NCBI RefSeq assembly: GCF_036321535.1
Contig: NC_087437.1
Span: forward strand, 32,986,001-33,050,000
DNA from: Camelus dromedarius
Taxonomy: Eukaryota
DNA: 64,000 bases
Reading direction: 5' to 3'
A program made the position numbers and the translations under genes. Of this stretch, positions 38,771 through 51,450 are shown in pieces. Each line of letters opens with the position of its first letter. Position 1 is the stretch's first letter. The notes beneath the pieces were generated by a model that saw only the letters and a list, made by a program, of their open reading frames with translations, did no database searches and was not told where the DNA came from.

Positions 38771-40337
38771 ATCCTACTGCTCTTCCTGCTGCTACCCCAC
38801 CTCCTCTCCTTACTGAACACTGAACATTTGTCTGTGGCTTCCTTAAGAGGAATTGTAGATAGAAGGATTCCCATTTTGATTGGGCCAGAGATTATTTTAT
38901 GTGATTTTTATGATCTGGAGACTCTAAAATTCTCCTTATTTGAGACTTGGTAGCCTACTGTATTACCAAGCAAATAGTTAAAAATTACTTTCCATAGTAA
39001 CTTACTGGTTTCATCTAGAGACATCAGCTTTGGACCAGTTTGTTTCAAGATAGTCATTTGGAAACGTTAAAGCACTAAGCAAATGACATAAAACAATGCT
39101 GTTTCCTAGCCCCACTTTTAAAATATATTTAAAGAACTTAAAATAATGTTGGCTACCATTAATCCTTACACATTTAGTACTTATAATTTACCTAATATCC
39201 TAATAACTGTTATTTATAGTGAGGAAGCTGAGGTTTAGCAAATTTTATAACCCTTGGTCAAACTGCTAATAAATAATAGAAAGCAGTATCCAACCAAATT
39301 ATCCAACTCCAGAGCCCATGTTTTTCCTACTAATTAAACATCTCTCATAATTGTGAACTCAATGTATATTCCCTGTTGAAGTATAAAGAAAGCATGCATT
39401 AGAGTGACCGCAGCAGGGAAATATGCTAAAAAGCCTCAGAAGATGGCATTTACCTTGGTGAATGTACAATAGTATAAAGTATTAGCTGTCTAACACTGGA
39501 CTTTATTAGTCACCACATTTCAAAATGATCAGAAGAGCAGTGATGGGTCAACAACGAATAAATTCACACTTGACTGTAATATAAAACAAAGGACCAATTT
39601 ATTAGTTTAGAAAGTGATATCCCTTTCCAGTACTAAAATGTCTGTGTCTGCAGTATAAGGTGAAGGATTCAGGATGCCCAAGAAGCTGAATTATTTATCA
39701 GGAGATTACTTAGCAAAAGAAGGTAAATTATCCTGAGGACCATTTCACCCAGGTCATGGGGAGATGTGATGGGCTATCCCTGATGCCCATCAGGGATAGA
39801 TGCCCAAAGACTAACTCTCTTGAGGACTAAATTATGACCCAAGTTTCAACATCCTTATCTCCTGGATAGTTCTACATGCATTGGTATAAAGTTTGTATCT
39901 CTGAAAAAGGCTTTTCTGTAACTAGCCACCCCTTCAGTTGGTAGAGTCTTCAGCTGTGTTAATTCTACTAATTAAGCTAGGAAGCTATTAATAGAAAAGT
40001 GGCTATTACCAATGACATGCTAGACATTGTGTCTCCTGCAACACATATTGATTTAACTAGTTTAACTCTCTGCAATCATATTTCTCTAGTGAGAGTAGAT
40101 AATCTGATAGTTCCTGCTATATCATAAACTTCAGGAACCAAGATGCAACTTGTTTTCAAACTGCTGCCCCCAATAAGTTTATTACCAATTATTCAATCCT
40201 GAAATTATTGTATTTGGCAGATACTTGCCTGTGTTCAAAAAGAGGGTAAATAACCCTAAGCAGCATGAGCATTTGTTCTTTGACATAAGTACATGTTAAG
40301 TATTTGTTAAGTACATGTTAAAACAAGTTTTTCCAAA

Positions 40338-40358
40338 CTGAACCATTAGGTGGCAGTG
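40338..40358 (+). promoter_or_regulatory. CTCF motif, forward orientation
   Basis: CCATTAGGTGGCAGTG at 40343 has one mismatch to the CCASYAGRKGGC core. Confidence 0.5.
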
Positions 40359-41641
40359 CTACTCAAAGCCAGATGTTTTGATAGCGGCCATGTTGAGGGT
40401 TTTTTATGGTCAAATTTTCTCTAACAGCTTTCCTCACTTGCATAAAGAAGGAATTAATGGTTCTCCTCATTTTTTTTTCATTACCCATTATTAAATAATA
40501 ACTCCTATGCTCTGATCCTAACCCTTGAGAACTTTACCTTATGTGTGTCTAAGCACTTTTCAGAGAAGACTTCAATGTACTATGTAGGTAAAAACAAAAT
40601 CAGATTACTTGGTTTTTATAATAGAATGTTATCTCTGAACATGTGTAATCCACATATTTGGCAACTAGAATAACAGCACTTCACAATTTGGGCAGCCAGT
40701 CTCCTAGCTGAGCCCTGTCAAACTGTGGCCTAGATATTCAGAATAGCATGCTTCTATATTCCCTGCCTGGCAACTTAGAGTACCAAAAAGTGATGTCCTG
40801 GACCTCCTTGGATTAGCGTACTTCCCATTTTCCCCTGTGCAGAATATTGGGCTTGACTGTTAAATGGCTCCAGTTTTACAAAGGGTCAAAATAATGTCAT
40901 TTAGGGAATAAGCCTTGAGGTCGGGGGGGGGGAGGGGGGGAATAATATTAGCTCCAAAATATAAGAAGAAAACTGCCAAATCAAATTTACCAAATATTTT
41001 TTAAAATATCTCTATGTAACTTGTGAACAGTTTGTCATATATTTTGGTATGTATTTGTTAGTGATCTGTCATCCCATTAGAAAAATATAGTTTCCAATTT
41101 GGACAGGGAACATACCTTTTTATCCTCCCTTGTGTAAGCAATGTGCTAAGCAATTAGTAATGCCAGTAAATACTGGTAAAATAGATGGATCTCCAACTCT
41201 AAATAAGATAAATTATTATAATAAAGGATTAACTAATTCATGCGTATTTCATTTTCTAGATGTTTTCCCCAGTGACATCTGTTTTGCACTTCATTCAGAG
41301 AAGTGGATATTCAGAAGTAGATTAAATCAGAAGAAAATGGAAACTGAAAAACTATAGGTGTAGAATCAATAGGTGTAGAAAAAAAAGGCTAAGGAGAGGA
41401 ATTAATCTCCCAGTCATCTAGGGTTTTTTTTATTTTGACTTATAATTTCAACTTCTCATCTAATCCATCTCATAGTATTCCTGCAACTGTGCTGTTAATT
41501 GGCCACTTCCCTGGCCTCCTCTTCTCTCAGGGAAGGAGATACTGGAATTAACCTTAGCACTACACTCCTGGTTCCTTCCAGCAGAAAGACTTATTGGTCT
41601 TTTTGTCCCCAGCACTTAGCACGGTACCTGGCATATAATAT

Positions 41642-42015
41642 GCCATACAGTGGAATGTGATTCAGCAACAAAAAGGAGTGAAATACTGATATGTGTTACA
41701 AACATGGATGAACCTTGAAAACACTATGCTGAATGAAAGAAGCTAGTCACAAAAAAAAAACACATATGTGATTCCTTTTATATGAAATACCCAGAATAGG
41801 GAAATCTGTAAAGACAGAAAGTAGGTTAGTGGTTACCTAGAGATGGGAAGGTTGGGGAGAAGTGGGGAGCAGTGACTGCTAATGGGTATGGGGTTTTTTA
41901 GGAGGATGCCGAAAATCTTCCAAAGTTGCTTGTGGTGTTATTTGCAAAACTCTGTTGATATGGTAAAAGCTATATGAATTGTGATATGGAATTGTATCTC
42001 AGTAAGACTTAGTAA
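41642..42015 (+). mobile_element. L1MB-type 3' end
   Basis: Contains AACATGGATGAACCTTGAAAACACTATGCTGAATGAAAGAAGCTAGTCACAAAA...GACAGAAAGTAGGTTAGTGGTT. Confidence 0.8.
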
Positions 42016-42396
42016 AAAATTATAGTAATAACCTTTGAATTTGTCTTTTATACCTAAAGAGACCAACTAAGTAGAGATTTGTTGCAAGCTTCTTTTGATT
42101 AATAGAATTTAGTTATATGAAACATGTATATGTTTTCAGTAGTATAGACTCATAAGTACCAATTTCTTAAGAAAAATATACTGATTGTAAGAAATTACAT
42201 TTTCACAGTGGTTTTGTATTTGTTTGCTTGTTTTAGGAATAACTGTTTCTTATTCAATAACTTAGGACCTTTTTGTGATTGGTATTATCTCAAAGAAGGG
42301 CAGTTGAGCAATTATTACTCAAAATCAGAAATATTATCAAAGCGAAATTTTAATTGTATCTTGTGATCCAGCGAACAATGTGTGTTTTACGTTTAG

Positions 42397-42549
42397 TCAG
42401 TGGAACCTAGTGAAGTGAAGCATGCAGCTGCAACATCAGGACCAGTGTCAGTAGTTGCTGATCCACCAAGTAATGAAAAGGAAATAGACCCTAGCAGCAT
42501 CCCTACTGCCATCAAGTACCAAGATGACAATTCTCTGGCCCATCCGAAT
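42397..42549 (+). CDS. RSRC1: RSRC1 penultimate coding exon, 153 nt
   Basis: gtttag|TCA GTG GAA CCT ... CAT CCG AAT|gtaaga translates to [51 protein letters not shown]. It is in frame with both neighbouring exons and overlaps ORF-track entry 42400..42597. Confidence 0.95.
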
Positions 42550-43194
42550 GTAAGACCCTTAAACCTTAAGAATATCAGTTTAAGTCTAGTCGACTGAAGT
42601 TAATTCAAGCTGTTGTCCTTTTGTGCTGGTAACAAGAAGACCACTGGAGGAAATGGATTCATATGTTCCTATTTGCTAAAAATAGGCAGCTCACCTCCAG
42701 CCCTCAGAATTATTACATGTATTTGAATCTGGTTCGGTCCAACTCATGTTACCTGACTTCTAGAAGATTCAGTGAATAAGAAAAATAAGCAAATAGAAGA
42801 GTTTTGTTTTTAATCTGACACTAAAAGGTCTCATTCTGGCTGTGCTCCAGTTGGCTCACTGACTGTGCATACATCATTATCATACTCTGCTGTCTTCTGT
42901 GAAATGGTGTCATGCCACTATGTCTCCCATAAAGATTGTAGGAAATGAACTTCTCAAAATGAGATGTAAAACTGCTAACCATTGATGATGATATTAGTCA
43001 TTTTACTCTAGGACTTTTCTGAGCTTTATTCCAAATAGATGATCTTCTGTTAAGAGGTCAGCAAGAGTTAAACACTATCCAAATCTTGTGCTGAAGGAAG
43101 TGTTCTGTACAGGTGACTTATCTTATTATGTAGGGTCAAATCCAAGTTGTTGGCAAACAATAACATTTTTTCTTCTTCTTTTTTTTTATTTCAG

Positions 43195-43287
43195 TTATTT
43201 ATTGAGAAAGCTGATGCTGAGGAAAAGTGGTTCAAGAGATTAATTGCTCTCCGACAAGAAAGGCTAATGGGCAGTCCTGTGGCCTAA
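43195..43287 (+). CDS. RSRC1: RSRC1 last coding exon, to the stop codon
   Basis: A long pyrimidine tract precedes ttcag|TTA TTT ATT GAG ... GTG GCC TAA, which translates to [30 protein letters not shown], the recognisable RSRC1 C-terminus. Confidence 0.96.
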
Positions 43288-43600
43288 TTAACATACATAC
43301 GGTTGAATTAACAGTAACATTGGAAATTTAGGTTTTTAAATCCCAATATTAACTTTTTACTCTTAAAAATAACTTAGATGATTATATATAAAGGTAATCT
43401 CATTTCATTCTTTTCTCACGTAGGCTTGAATATTTGTTGATTTGAACTTAATCAAACACTGAATAGTAAAACTAATGTAAAGTTTAAGAATGCATGAAAA
43501 TGTCATACTGTTAATAAAGCTAATCCTAAGAACAGCAGTGTTAAAATAAAAGGCACACAGTAATGTTTCTGAGTACAATAAATATCACGTTGCCATTTAA
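43288..43600 (+). terminator. RSRC1: RSRC1 proximal 3' UTR with poly(A) signals (the UTR may extend further)
   Basis: AATAAA at 43513, 43545 and 43577. The cleavage site cannot be determined from the sequence. Confidence 0.65.
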
Positions 43601-46600
43601 AGGCACAATTTTGATTAATCATATATATAAAAAAATCAAGCTATAAATATGAGTGGTCATCTTCTATATATTATAAAACCATTTTTGAATCTTTTATTTC
43701 ACCTTATTGTAAAATTTTAGGCACAATTAAAAGCACTATAAACAATCTTAAGCAGAATGAGCCATGTTAATCTTAGAGGAATAACAAATTTAATGAAAAA
43801 ACTTCTTGAAAATTAAACGAATTGTTGCTTTATTGCTTAGACATCAGCTTTTACTAGATGCTCCTTTGAATCATGTTAGCAGGTCCCAGCTCATTCTTTT
43901 AAAAATTATGTGTTCACACAAGACCTAACCAGTTGGCCACATATCATGGTGGGGAATTGTTTCTGAGAAAACTTGTAAGAGCTCTCACTTCAGTCTTACT
44001 TAACCAACTGCTATTCCCTGTAGAGGAAGCCAGCTAATGGTAATTTTGATAAGGCTATCTGTCATTGTGGAATACCTTTCACTGGTAGCTGAATGAAAAT
44101 CAACTATGCATTCCATTACTGAACATGCCAGAGATAAGGACATTTAGGCCTTGCCTTACAAAACTAGTTTTCAACAGCTGACATGTGTATTACCCTTTTC
44201 TATTTTGTTCTGCTCTAATTTGTATCTGTGAAGACTACATGCAGCTCAGAACACAAGATAAGCATGAAAAGTTCTTAAGCTCGTATTACCAATATATAGG
44301 AGATTTTGATGCCATCTTTTTAAATTTCTGAAATGACTAAAGTTGTAATCCCTGTTAAAAATGAAAAATACAAAGAATTAAAAACCAGTTGCAAAAGGCA
44401 TGGAAAATAGACTGATGACAAAATACTTGTTTTCATACAAACATGTTTTCATATTCTAATATATGCTAGTGGGTTTTTTTTTCCCCTTAGCTGTAAGTAA
44501 AAGTGCCCAGTATGGACTCAGGTTTGTGTGGTTTTTAACATATACAAATTTGTAGTAACTTTAAAAAGGGATTATAGTTACTGAATAATTTTGTGTTTCA
44601 TTCATTATGTAACTTGTAAATAGTGAAAGGGCTGTTCCCCTTTGGGGAAGTGTGTATCAGTGGTCTAGGCAAGAATATGGGTTGTCATTTGGGCCACTAG
44701 TGATTCTCCAAAGAACCTGGACGAGGCATTTTTTTCTCAGTATGCCTGATGTTCCTCATTTATAAAATAGTGAAAATACTGTCATCCACTTTAATTATAT
44801 TTAACACCCATGTTCCTCTGTGACAAGTGGCCCAAATGCAGAAGCTTGAACTGCAATAGATTTGTATTTTACAGCTAAATTTTTCATCGAGATAGAGAAT
44901 AATTTTTTTTTAATTAATTAAACTTTAGTCCCTGCAGGAACTCAGTGACTATTCCCCTCCTTCCTGATTTCCAGTATGATTCATTTTAATGTATTATTAA
45001 CTTTGTTTACCTGCATTCCTGTTGAAGACTACAGTATTACCGCACAAGCCAAATCAAATTTAATGAGAAAGACTTCATAGACCGCTATCAAACATATCAC
45101 CAAAGTCAAGCTAGGTTATGCATCCAAGCTTTCTTTACTATCCTAATATAATGAGTCTATAAAACAGAACAATCCTTTTCATGTCACTTGATTAATGGCA
45201 ACAATTTGGACTTCCATGAGACCTCAAAGTGTTTTTTGAAACACTGACTTCATACAAAATGATGAGTACTAATAGTACAAGTTTTCATTTCTGAACTGAG
45301 CGCATTCTCAGGGAAAGTGGAATAAAAAATTTTTCCTGGCACTTCCTAATTATGAAGAGGCAGATACCTAAGAATATGAGAAAGAACACTTTGAGTCATT
45401 CACCCTCCTCGCTTCAGCATCCTAGTGTGTGAAATGAGGATACTAATAGCAGACCTGCTGTCTTTGATTTTTCAATAAAATAGCACAAAAGAAAGCCCTT
45501 GATAGAAAAAGTGTACTGTTTGTGCCAAGGTAACATATTGACATGGTAGCCATCTTAATGAAATATGGAACAAATAGTTGCACGGGTAATGATCTGAAAA
45601 GCTCCACTCCAACCTCAGCATACTCCTTATGTATGTGCTTGAACTGCCATGGCCCGTAGACCTCATCCCAGCTTTGTCCTCAGCTTTCCCTGCCAAGACC
45701 ACAAGAAACCTTGATTGCTCTGCAGTTAGTGGCCTGTTCCCTGCTTACTTGGGGAACTCAGGTATTCTTCAGTCAGATTTACCCACTTACTCATTAACTT
45801 TTTTTGACTGCCAAGTTTGTTCTGGGCACAGTAAGGGCATTTGGGTATATATGGGTGAATCCAGAAGGGGTCCTTCCCTCAATAGGCTTAGTTATGAAGA
45901 CCAGACATATATATGACATGAGAAATATAATACTTAGTGGCAGAGAAGACGACATGATTGCAAAGAAGAGAGAAATTACTGTAAGTTAAAAAATTAAGGA
46001 AGGCTTCATGATGACTTCACAACTGAAAGAACACTTGAAGAATAAGAAAGCTTCTGGAGCCACAAGGATGCACAGCCATCACTTCCATCTTCCTTATTGC
46101 TGCTCTGGGAGGCTGGGGAACTGTTGCACTTCCAACCCATGGTTACACTTCCATTCCCTTCTTGTAAAAGACCCAAGTGGCCCTGCCCTCTCTACCTTAT
46201 TTAAAAATTCAGGCAAATTTTTAGGTTGCTGGTCACCCTCTGGCTTCCTCTGACCATTTCTTCCTTTTAGTGGAGAATCAGTTGAATAAGCCAAACCTTC
46301 ATTTGGCCACTGCCAGCAGTCTTGGGTCACCACCACTTGTCAGCCAAGATGACATGAGCAAGACAGACAATAGTAGCTGAAAGGAGAATTTCAGTGCTAA
46401 AAAGAATTGCATCTGCCAGTAAGGCCTTTCATAGCCATGGGGACCACTGTGTGTTCCTGATCCTCTTTGTTTTTCCACTTTGCATTGTTACAGAAAGCAT
46501 TGTTTTGGAACAAAAAGATACAGTTCACTTGCCTGTGGTTAAATCCCTCCCCAAATGTTCCTTTGGTTTGAGTATCAAGTGAAAATCTTTAAGTGAGCAA

Positions 46601-47251
46601 CTGAGATAGTAACAAAAGCTAGAAATGAAACAAGACATAGGACATTTTTGGTCACTAAACTATAAATGAATTGACCTGGAATACTTACACGTTACTCCTT
46701 TCTTCCCCTCTTCCCCTACCCCAGAATTCCTTTTGAGTATGATGGAAGAGGTTTTAAACCAGCTCTTGGCCTTCACTCAGTTGATACAGTCCTTAAATTA
46801 TTTAGAAAATGTTGAAATGCCATCCTTTAAATGTAAGCCCTACTTACTCTTTGGAGCTCCTTTTTGGAATAATGGAGAAACAAGTCATCTTGGTAAGAAA
46901 ATATCTGAGTCTTTATAGCAGAACAAGAATAAAAATGGAAGTAAGAAAGAACTCCTTGTAAATTCTCTAATTATCTTCATCTTTTATTATAGAGATGGAT
47001 GTTGATCAGTATATTCTGTTTGGCAGGTTTTTTCCAAATTAAAGAAAATGCTCTGTCATCATATATTTCCAAGTTACTTTTGCTGTCATTGTATCCCCAG
47101 AATCTACCCTATGCCTGACACAAAGAAGGCTCTCGAATATTTTTCAGTGAAGGAAGAATGAATTTCCCCATCTCAAATGGGCAGTCTATTTAGCAGTGTG
47201 GCTATTAAAACTACTCAGGCTATTTGGAGCAAGTGCAAAAAATAAATAGGT

Positions 47252-47782
47252 GTCTGGATATATACCCAAAAGAATTGAAAGCGGAGTCTCAAAGAGACGT
47301 TTGTACACCTGTATTCATAGCAGCTGTATTCGCAATAGCCCAGACATGGAAGCACCCCAAATATCCATGGATTGATGAATGGGTAAGTAAAATGTAGTGT
47401 ATGTATACAATGAAATACTACTCAGCCTTAAATAGGAAGGAAATTCTACAGTATGCTATAACATGGATGAACCTTGATGACATTATGCTAAGTGAAATAA
47501 TCCATTCACAAAAAGACAAACACTGTATGATTCCACTTGTATGAGGTACTTAGAGTAGTTAAAATCATAAAGGCAGATAGTATAATGGCAGTTGCCAGGG
47601 GAGGGGAAACGGCATTATTGTTTAATGGGTATAGAGTTTCAGTTTTATAAGATGAAAAGAGTTATGGGAATGGTTGATGGTGATAGTTGGACAACAATGG
47701 GAATGTGTTTAATACCACTGAACTGTACACTTAAAAATGGTGAAGCTGGTAATTATGTGTATTTTACCACAATAAAAAAAAA
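47252..47782 (+). mobile_element. L1MA/L1MB-type 3' end
   Basis: Contains CTGGATATATACCCAAAAGAATTGAAAGC...ACATGGATGAACCTTGATGACATTATGCTAAGTGAAATAA...TTTTACCACAATAAAAAAA. Confidence 0.85.
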
Positions 47783-47799
47783 TCTACTTAAATAAATAA

Positions 47800-47975
47800 G
47801 GGGAAGGGTATAACTCAAGTGGTAGAGCGCATGCTTAGCATACACAAGGTCCTGGATTCAGTCCCCAGTACTTCCTCTAAAAATAAATAACTAAACCTAA
47901 TTACCTCCTTCCCCCCCCCAAAAAAAAACTAATAAATAAATTTAAAAATCAACTATAAAAAGCTAAATAAATAAA
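47800..47975 (+). mobile_element. tRNA-derived SINE (Vic-1-like)
   Basis: GGGGAAGGGTATAACTCAAGTGGTAGAGCGCATGCTTAGCATACACAAGGTCCTGGATTCAGTCCCCAGTAC followed by an A-rich tail. Confidence 0.82.
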
Positions 47976-49064
47976 TAGATGTTCTGTAACTTAGCTAGTT
48001 TGATTTCTGTGATTTGTATCTTCAGATGTCTCTGAGCTGACAAAGGCCTGATAAAAATCATAGGGAAGGTCAGAGTACACAGTGCCTTCATTGCATTAGT
48101 GACTAACGTCAGTGGGGCTAGAGTTTAAACGGGATCTTACTAGTCCTGCCCTTGCCCAGACTTTCTTTCTGGGCCAGTTTTTAAATTATATAAATAATAT
48201 TTCAAACGACGTGGGTGTGGTCATTCAGGGTCCACCTGCTGGCTCCTGTGATTGCTCTCCTTGCGAGCAATTTGTCAGTTTTCAAGAAGTAAAGTTTACC
48301 AATATAGTAAGACACAACACTTTAAACTCAACAGTGTACCATTTTATTTTTAGGTCTTGAGAAGGAATGGCAAAATGATCCTGCTGCAGTTCTAGGAGAA
48401 TGGTGAACTGAACTGACCCTCTCTTCTTGACATCTTATGCCATGGAACTTAGGCTTAAATCCCACAGTGTAAAAGACCTGTTATAGTGTAGGCTCCCTTC
48501 ATAATCTTTTTAAAAAATGAACTGCTAAAATCCCATGTCTTGAATGAAATCCATAACTACAGTTTATCTACCCATGGATGTTCCATGAAAGTACTATAAA
48601 CTTAAAATGGAATTGGAAACACAAATGAGAAGTAAGTAAATGTTTTCCAAACAGCAGCACAGTAGATCAAATGACTATATTAAAGATTGGGTGGATTTTT
48701 TAAAAACAAATCCTGTAACTGGATTATTTATTTAACCCCATTGTAACTTTTCTCTTCTCTTTCTGCTGTAAGTCTAAATGACCTGGAGAAGATAACTCGT
48801 TCATTAATAGTTTGAAAAACTACTTTTTTCAGAATGCTGTGTATTTGAATCAGCTGCAGTGTCATTACATACAATGAAAATGGGGAGTCATCCAAAATTA
48901 TAATCTCCAAAAATATACTTTCTCCATGTTTGAAGTAGTTCACTAGGCAAAATTTTTTATGCCTACCATAGAGCATCACTGGCATCCCAGTCCCTGTGCT
49001 ACGTAAGACCTGTTCCATCTAAAACAGTTGAACCTTCAGGAAGAAAACCATTTTCACATTAACA

Positions 49065-49305
49065 TTTTTTAAATTGAAATGTAGTTAATTTGCAATGTTG
49101 TATTGGTTTTTCATATACAGCATAGTGATTTTGTTATACATACGTATTCTTTTTCATACACTTGTATACTCTTCCATATGGGCTATTACAAGGTATTGAA
49201 TGTAGTTCCCTGTGCTATACAGTAGGTCCTTGTTGCTTATCTGTTTTATATATAGTAGTTTGTATCTGCTAATCCCAAACTCCTAATTCACCCCCCACCC
49301 CCTGT
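49065..49305 (-). mobile_element. Artiodactyl-type L1 3' fragment
   Basis: Contains GTTCCCTGTGCTATACAGTAGGTCCTTGTTG and is flanked by TTAACATTT on both sides. Confidence 0.8.
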
Positions 49306-50574
49306 TAACATTTGTTCTACAACCACACTCGTGTTTCCAAGGCCATGTGGGCCATTTTCAGCAAAGGTGCTCAGAGACTTTTAACTCATCTTTTTTATAA
49401 TTAATAAGAGAAGATGACAAGTGATTGGTAAATAGGTTAGCATATGACACAGTCTAGAAAATACCAGAGACTCGGTTTCTGTTTAGGGTTATGAACTTGA
49501 AGTTCCAGTTTCTAGATATGTTTGTCTTGCTGTAATAACTGCAGTATAATTCCCAAAAGACATTGTTCAATTAATTTCTAAATCCCTTTGCAGGGCATTT
49601 ACACAGACCTTTAAGAGCTTCGAAAGAGTTGTAAAACTTTCAAAGAGTTCTCTTATTTTCTTATTTTTTGAAACACTGATTTTAGAATTAGCCCATCTAT
49701 GACAAAAATCTTTGTCCTTCTACAAACAAGACAGCACAGATTTGAAATGTATTTTTACTTTCAAATTAAAAAAAAATCTAATGTTTAAATGTCAATGGGG
49801 GATTTGAATATTGGATTCCAGTTCAGATGTGGAATTTGTAAGTTAAATATGAATGGCCACCATTTTACTAATCTAATTCTGTTTCTGCTAAGTACTTAAA
49901 ACTTTTCTCAATATTCATTTGTATATTTTTCTATAAATTATATAATTTATGCCAGCTAGCAAATGGCCACAATTTATTAAATATGCTCATTTGTTAAAAA
50001 AAGAATACACAAAATGAGTTATGTAAAGAATTAAGCTTTTACTCAAGTAATATTTTCCACATTTTTGTGATTTGGGTCTTTTATTAAAAAATACTGGGGA
50101 AAAAAACCCATAAAAGATAACTCATCCATATGCACCCAGCTTTTGAATAAACAATATCTGCCCCTCCTACTCGGCTGCCAAGTTGTCGCTCCCCACCAGG
50201 TGACCATTATTAACGGTCCTCCCAGCCTCCCCCTGTGCTTCAACAGATACATCTCTGTTGAGATATTGACACATGGACTCTCTTTTCAGACCATGAGAAC
50301 AGATTTGTCTGCAGTTAATTTTTTCCCCTGATTATCTGCCTTAGATAACTTCCCACAGCAGCCCATCTGTATGCCTCGTTCTTTTTAATGGCGTGTAGAT
50401 TCCTAAAAGTGGAATTGCTGGGCCATAGGGTATCTACTTGTCGCATTTAAACCAGTAAATTACAGCAATAATAAGTAAGCTTTCGAATTAGATGAGTTCA
50501 TGCAAATTAAGATTATCTCAATCTCTTTCAAATCACTTAAGAACTAAAAAGTCATTTTATAGTGAGGGGACATT

Positions 50575-51030
50575 GTAAGTAGCTAGTTCTCTCCATCATC
50601 CGTTCAGAGTCATTCTTCATTCTTTTCTTTTCTGCAGTGTCCCAGGAGGCTGACCTTCATAGACTGTATCACCCATTTCCCTGCCCTCTGGCTTCTGAGT
50701 TCGTTCAGTCAATAGGAGGCACTGGCAGGAAATCACAGGAAGGAGGAGAGAGAACTGGGTTTCGATACCCCTGCAGGGCCATGTTTCAGTCATGGTTGCT
50801 TTCCTAAGGCCACAACTCCTGTAGGCTAGCCCCTCTCTCAAGGACACAGCTCTCACCATGTTATGGTAACAGCTCCCTCCCACTTCTCCTTCAGACCTGG
50901 GGGCTGGGACAGTTTCTTGTGTGTTAGTCTCTGATTGGCTCCCTTCACCCTGCTCACATCTCTGTATATAAGGCCTTCATTAAAGTCCTTTGAATATGTC
51001 ATTTGTTTCCTGCTGGGACCAAAGCTGATA
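50575..51030 (+). mobile_element. ERVL solo LTR (LTR33-like)
   Basis: Contains GGAGGCTGACC...CCCTGCCCTCTGGCTTCTG...CAATAGGAGGCACTGGCAGGA...ATTAAA...TGTTTCCTGCTGGGACC. The family assignment is from memory. Confidence 0.6.
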
Positions 51031-51049
51031 AAATTATCTTCAAGGACAG

Positions 51050-51450
51050 TGTATCAATTAGAATTAATTAAATATACCAATTAGTTTTAGCTTCATAAAC
51101 AGTAACAACTGTAACAACAAACAGTGGCCTAAATAAGAAAAGCATTTATTTCTCTCTCAAGTGAAAAACATTTAAAGGCAGGTAGGGTGGCTTCATATGT
51201 CAGGACCCCTGGCTCTTGTTTCACCAGCCTCAGTAGGTGGCTTCCCATCATGTGGTTCAGTACCGCTCTGACCATCACCCTCACATCCCACTGCCCTCCA
51301 TCCAGGCAACATGAGGGCTGTACCTACTGCTTCCCTCTTAAAAGGACTCAGAAGTTGAAATTAAAGGAGACTTGGAAGTTTATACCTCTTGACTAGAACT
51401 TAGTCAACTGACTACTCCCCTATTGCAAGAGAGATTAGGAAATGGAATAT
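51050..51450 (-). mobile_element. MaLR LTR remnant (MLT1J/K/L-like)
   Basis: Contains AACAGTGGCCTAAATAAGA...TTTATTTCTCTCTCA and AGAACTTAGTCA, typical of antisense MLT1. Confidence 0.5.

Noticed and set aside
40923..40940. G10-A-G7 run as a G-quadruplex element
   Set aside because: It is an isolated homopolymer of uncertain length with no supporting context.
42550..42597. ORF-track extension [15 protein letters not shown] after the RSRC1 exon
   Set aside because: It is read-through past a good GTAAGA donor into the intron. The recognisable protein continues at 43195.
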